DNA from: Azolla caroliniana
Lineage: Eukaryota; Plantae; Polypodiophyta
Length of the DNA stretch: 64,000 bases
NCBI GenBank assembly: GCA_043228905.1
Contig: JBHGNT010000009.1
Coordinates: 20,088,001 to 20,152,000 of the forward strand
Reading direction: 5' to 3'
Shown here: one piece after another, positions 62,177 to 64,000 of the stretch
Numbering within the stretch: position 1 is the stretch's first letter
How the letters are laid out: each line of letters opens with the position of its first letter
The notes under the pieces: model-generated
What the model was told of the DNA's origin: nothing
Database searches by the model: none
The model's input: only the letters and a program-made list of their open reading frames with translations
Position numbers and translations under genes: made by a program

Positions 62177-64000
62177 TTACATAACATTGCATTGCTGCAA
62201 GTATGAATTCTCATAATTTACATATTTGGTCCAGTATGGCTTGTACCTGGACATGGCTAGTTCTAGCCAAGGTTTCATGTTCCCATTGTAATGCACTACA
62301 GCAGCTTTATCGATGTCATCAGTCTCCACATGTGGATCATACCCAAGTCCGAGCACATGCCATGATTTATCCAGAGGGTACGTAAGATTGTAAAATGTGA
62401 TCAAACCTGGGGGCAGTGTTCCCAGCTTCCACAAATCCCTTTGCTCATTCTACAAATAAATAATAATAAATGAAAGACCAAAATTAGTTAGTTTTCCACT
62501 CATAGCAGACTATAGACAAAAAGATATGATCAGGGGTCAAAGCACAAGATAAAACTCACCAGATCTTGCCACTTGTGATATATGCCCGTAATATCCTGCT
62601 TTTTCCATTCACGGAGATCAAATATGTTCATACCATATGCCCATCCGCATGCATCTGGGCTGAAGTTGTTCGAGATAAGTGGGTTTGAGAAGTTCAAATA
62701 TTTATCAAATCGATGAAAACTCTCACCACATGTCTCCACAGCCCCATTCACATTTCCATGAAGGTCTATAGACCATAATGGGGTAAGGTCTTTCTGAACC
62801 ACTATGTCATCGTCCAAAAAGAGAATTTTCTCAAGCTTAGGGTAAACCTCAGGCAGATAAAAACGCAAATGATTTAGCATCGATAAATATTTGGGGTTCC
62901 GATACTTCAGATTCGACGATGCATCAGCCAGAGTTGTGGGATTGTCAGCTTTGAAATAGTATTCTTTCATAGATGCAGTTCGAAGTTGACGGAGGACAGG
63001 ACAGTATGATGCATTCAGCCATTTAAAATCATCTATATTCTCTACATTCACTGTTGCTGCAACAGGAGGGTTTGCTAAAAACCACATCTTCATTGCTGCT
63101 ACATTTAGCTTGTCTGTAACCAGATGAAATACATGCTTTTCAGGCTCCTGCAAACAAAAAAAATAAATGTTTTTTTGTTAAATAAATAAATAGGATAAAG
63201 CTATGCCTGCTAAGGTTTAAGCTATGTTTCTCTGATCTATTAAAACATTCTCCCAACAACTGCTCTCCTGTATTTTGTGTTAAATGTTTCTGTTTTTTCT
63301 TATTCTTTTTTCCTTTTTCTGGGAGGGGGAGGGGTCATGCTTTTTATGAATTTGGCAGGTTTATTTCCTTTAAAGCTGCTAAGATTTCTACAAACTTGGG
63401 TTTTCTTAAGCTATTTAAGGATTCTAAGCGTAAATTTCCAATCAAATTCTCTCATTGTAAGTAAGACTACCTTTTGACAAACTTTTAACATTTTCCTTCA
63501 CAATATGCTATTAAGTCTTCGTGAACCATCACTCAAAATCAATTCAAATCAAATCAACGAATCAAATAAACATTTATTTTTCTCCTCTATTTAAATATGA
63601 AATTCTATTCATACCATTGCATTATGTACAGTTGAATTGACCACCACTGCAGCAGCAATGACATTATCTGAGAATACTGCATAATGATAGAGGCTAGGAT
63701 CCTCCAGCTTCTCCGGATTTGGGAATCGTTGCTGATTGTCAGGTAGTGAGTAAAACTCAGAGGTAAGCAGCATGGATAAACAATGAATACCTTTGGGCAA
63801 TGTCTTTGCTACAAGCTGCCTAAGAACTGTACTCTGCTTATTTAATGAAAGAGATTGATCCTCTGAAGATTGCAACATGGCCCTCAATTTTTTGGTGATA
63901 TCTTTACAGTCATATAGATTCGTCCTTGCCTTTGATAGAGTCTGACCCATGTTCTTGATCTTCTCAGAGGCACTGTAGAGCACATCAACTTTAATCAGAA
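62177..64000 (-). CDS. GAUT1: Galacturonosyltransferase (GT8, GAUT1-like), 3' three exons: >64000-63615, 63147-62560, 62449-62177
   Basis: LYHYAVFSDNV, HVFHLVTDKLN, KYRNPKYLSMLNHLRFYLPEVYPKLEKILFLDDDIVVQKDL, LWKLGTLPPGLITFY and HYNGNMKPWL; GT-AG phase-0 introns. Paralogue identity (GAUT1 versus GAUT3) is tentative. Confidence 0.93.

Noticed and set aside
62532-62543. GGGGTCAAAGCA, matching the element 2 terminus
   Set aside because: An isolated 12-bp match in a short GAUT intron, with no subterminal motifs or partner end.

Overview
Land-plant nuclear DNA, not prokaryotic: spliced GT-AG genes, nested LTR retroelements and a telo-box. About 80% is transposon-derived. Three host genes are present: ribosomal protein S19 (41693-43885, +), an RMF/At3g61730-type F-box gene (45809-49818, -) and the 3' part of a GAUT1-like galacturonosyltransferase (62177-64000, -). 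Positions 3072-34450 look like one old LTR element (LTR pair, PBS, PPT, near-perfect 5-bp TSD) filled with several layers of nested insertions. The main finding is two divergent, large, two-gene DNA transposons: a complete one at 9944-24666 with both TIRs and a TSD, and a 5'-truncated one at ~24962-33242. Both end in GGGT(G/C/A)AAAGCAT and carry a Sola2-like transposase. Both also carry a convergent, spliced accessory gene encoding a shared 'FARAF..W' domain, a coiled coil and a RING finger; element 1 adds an FCP1/NIF-like phosphatase domain. Each element has its own palindromic motif (AGCTAATTAGCT versus TAGTACTA), amplified near the TIRs and in the intron right after the RING exon. All family assignments are by eye from motifs; no database search was run.
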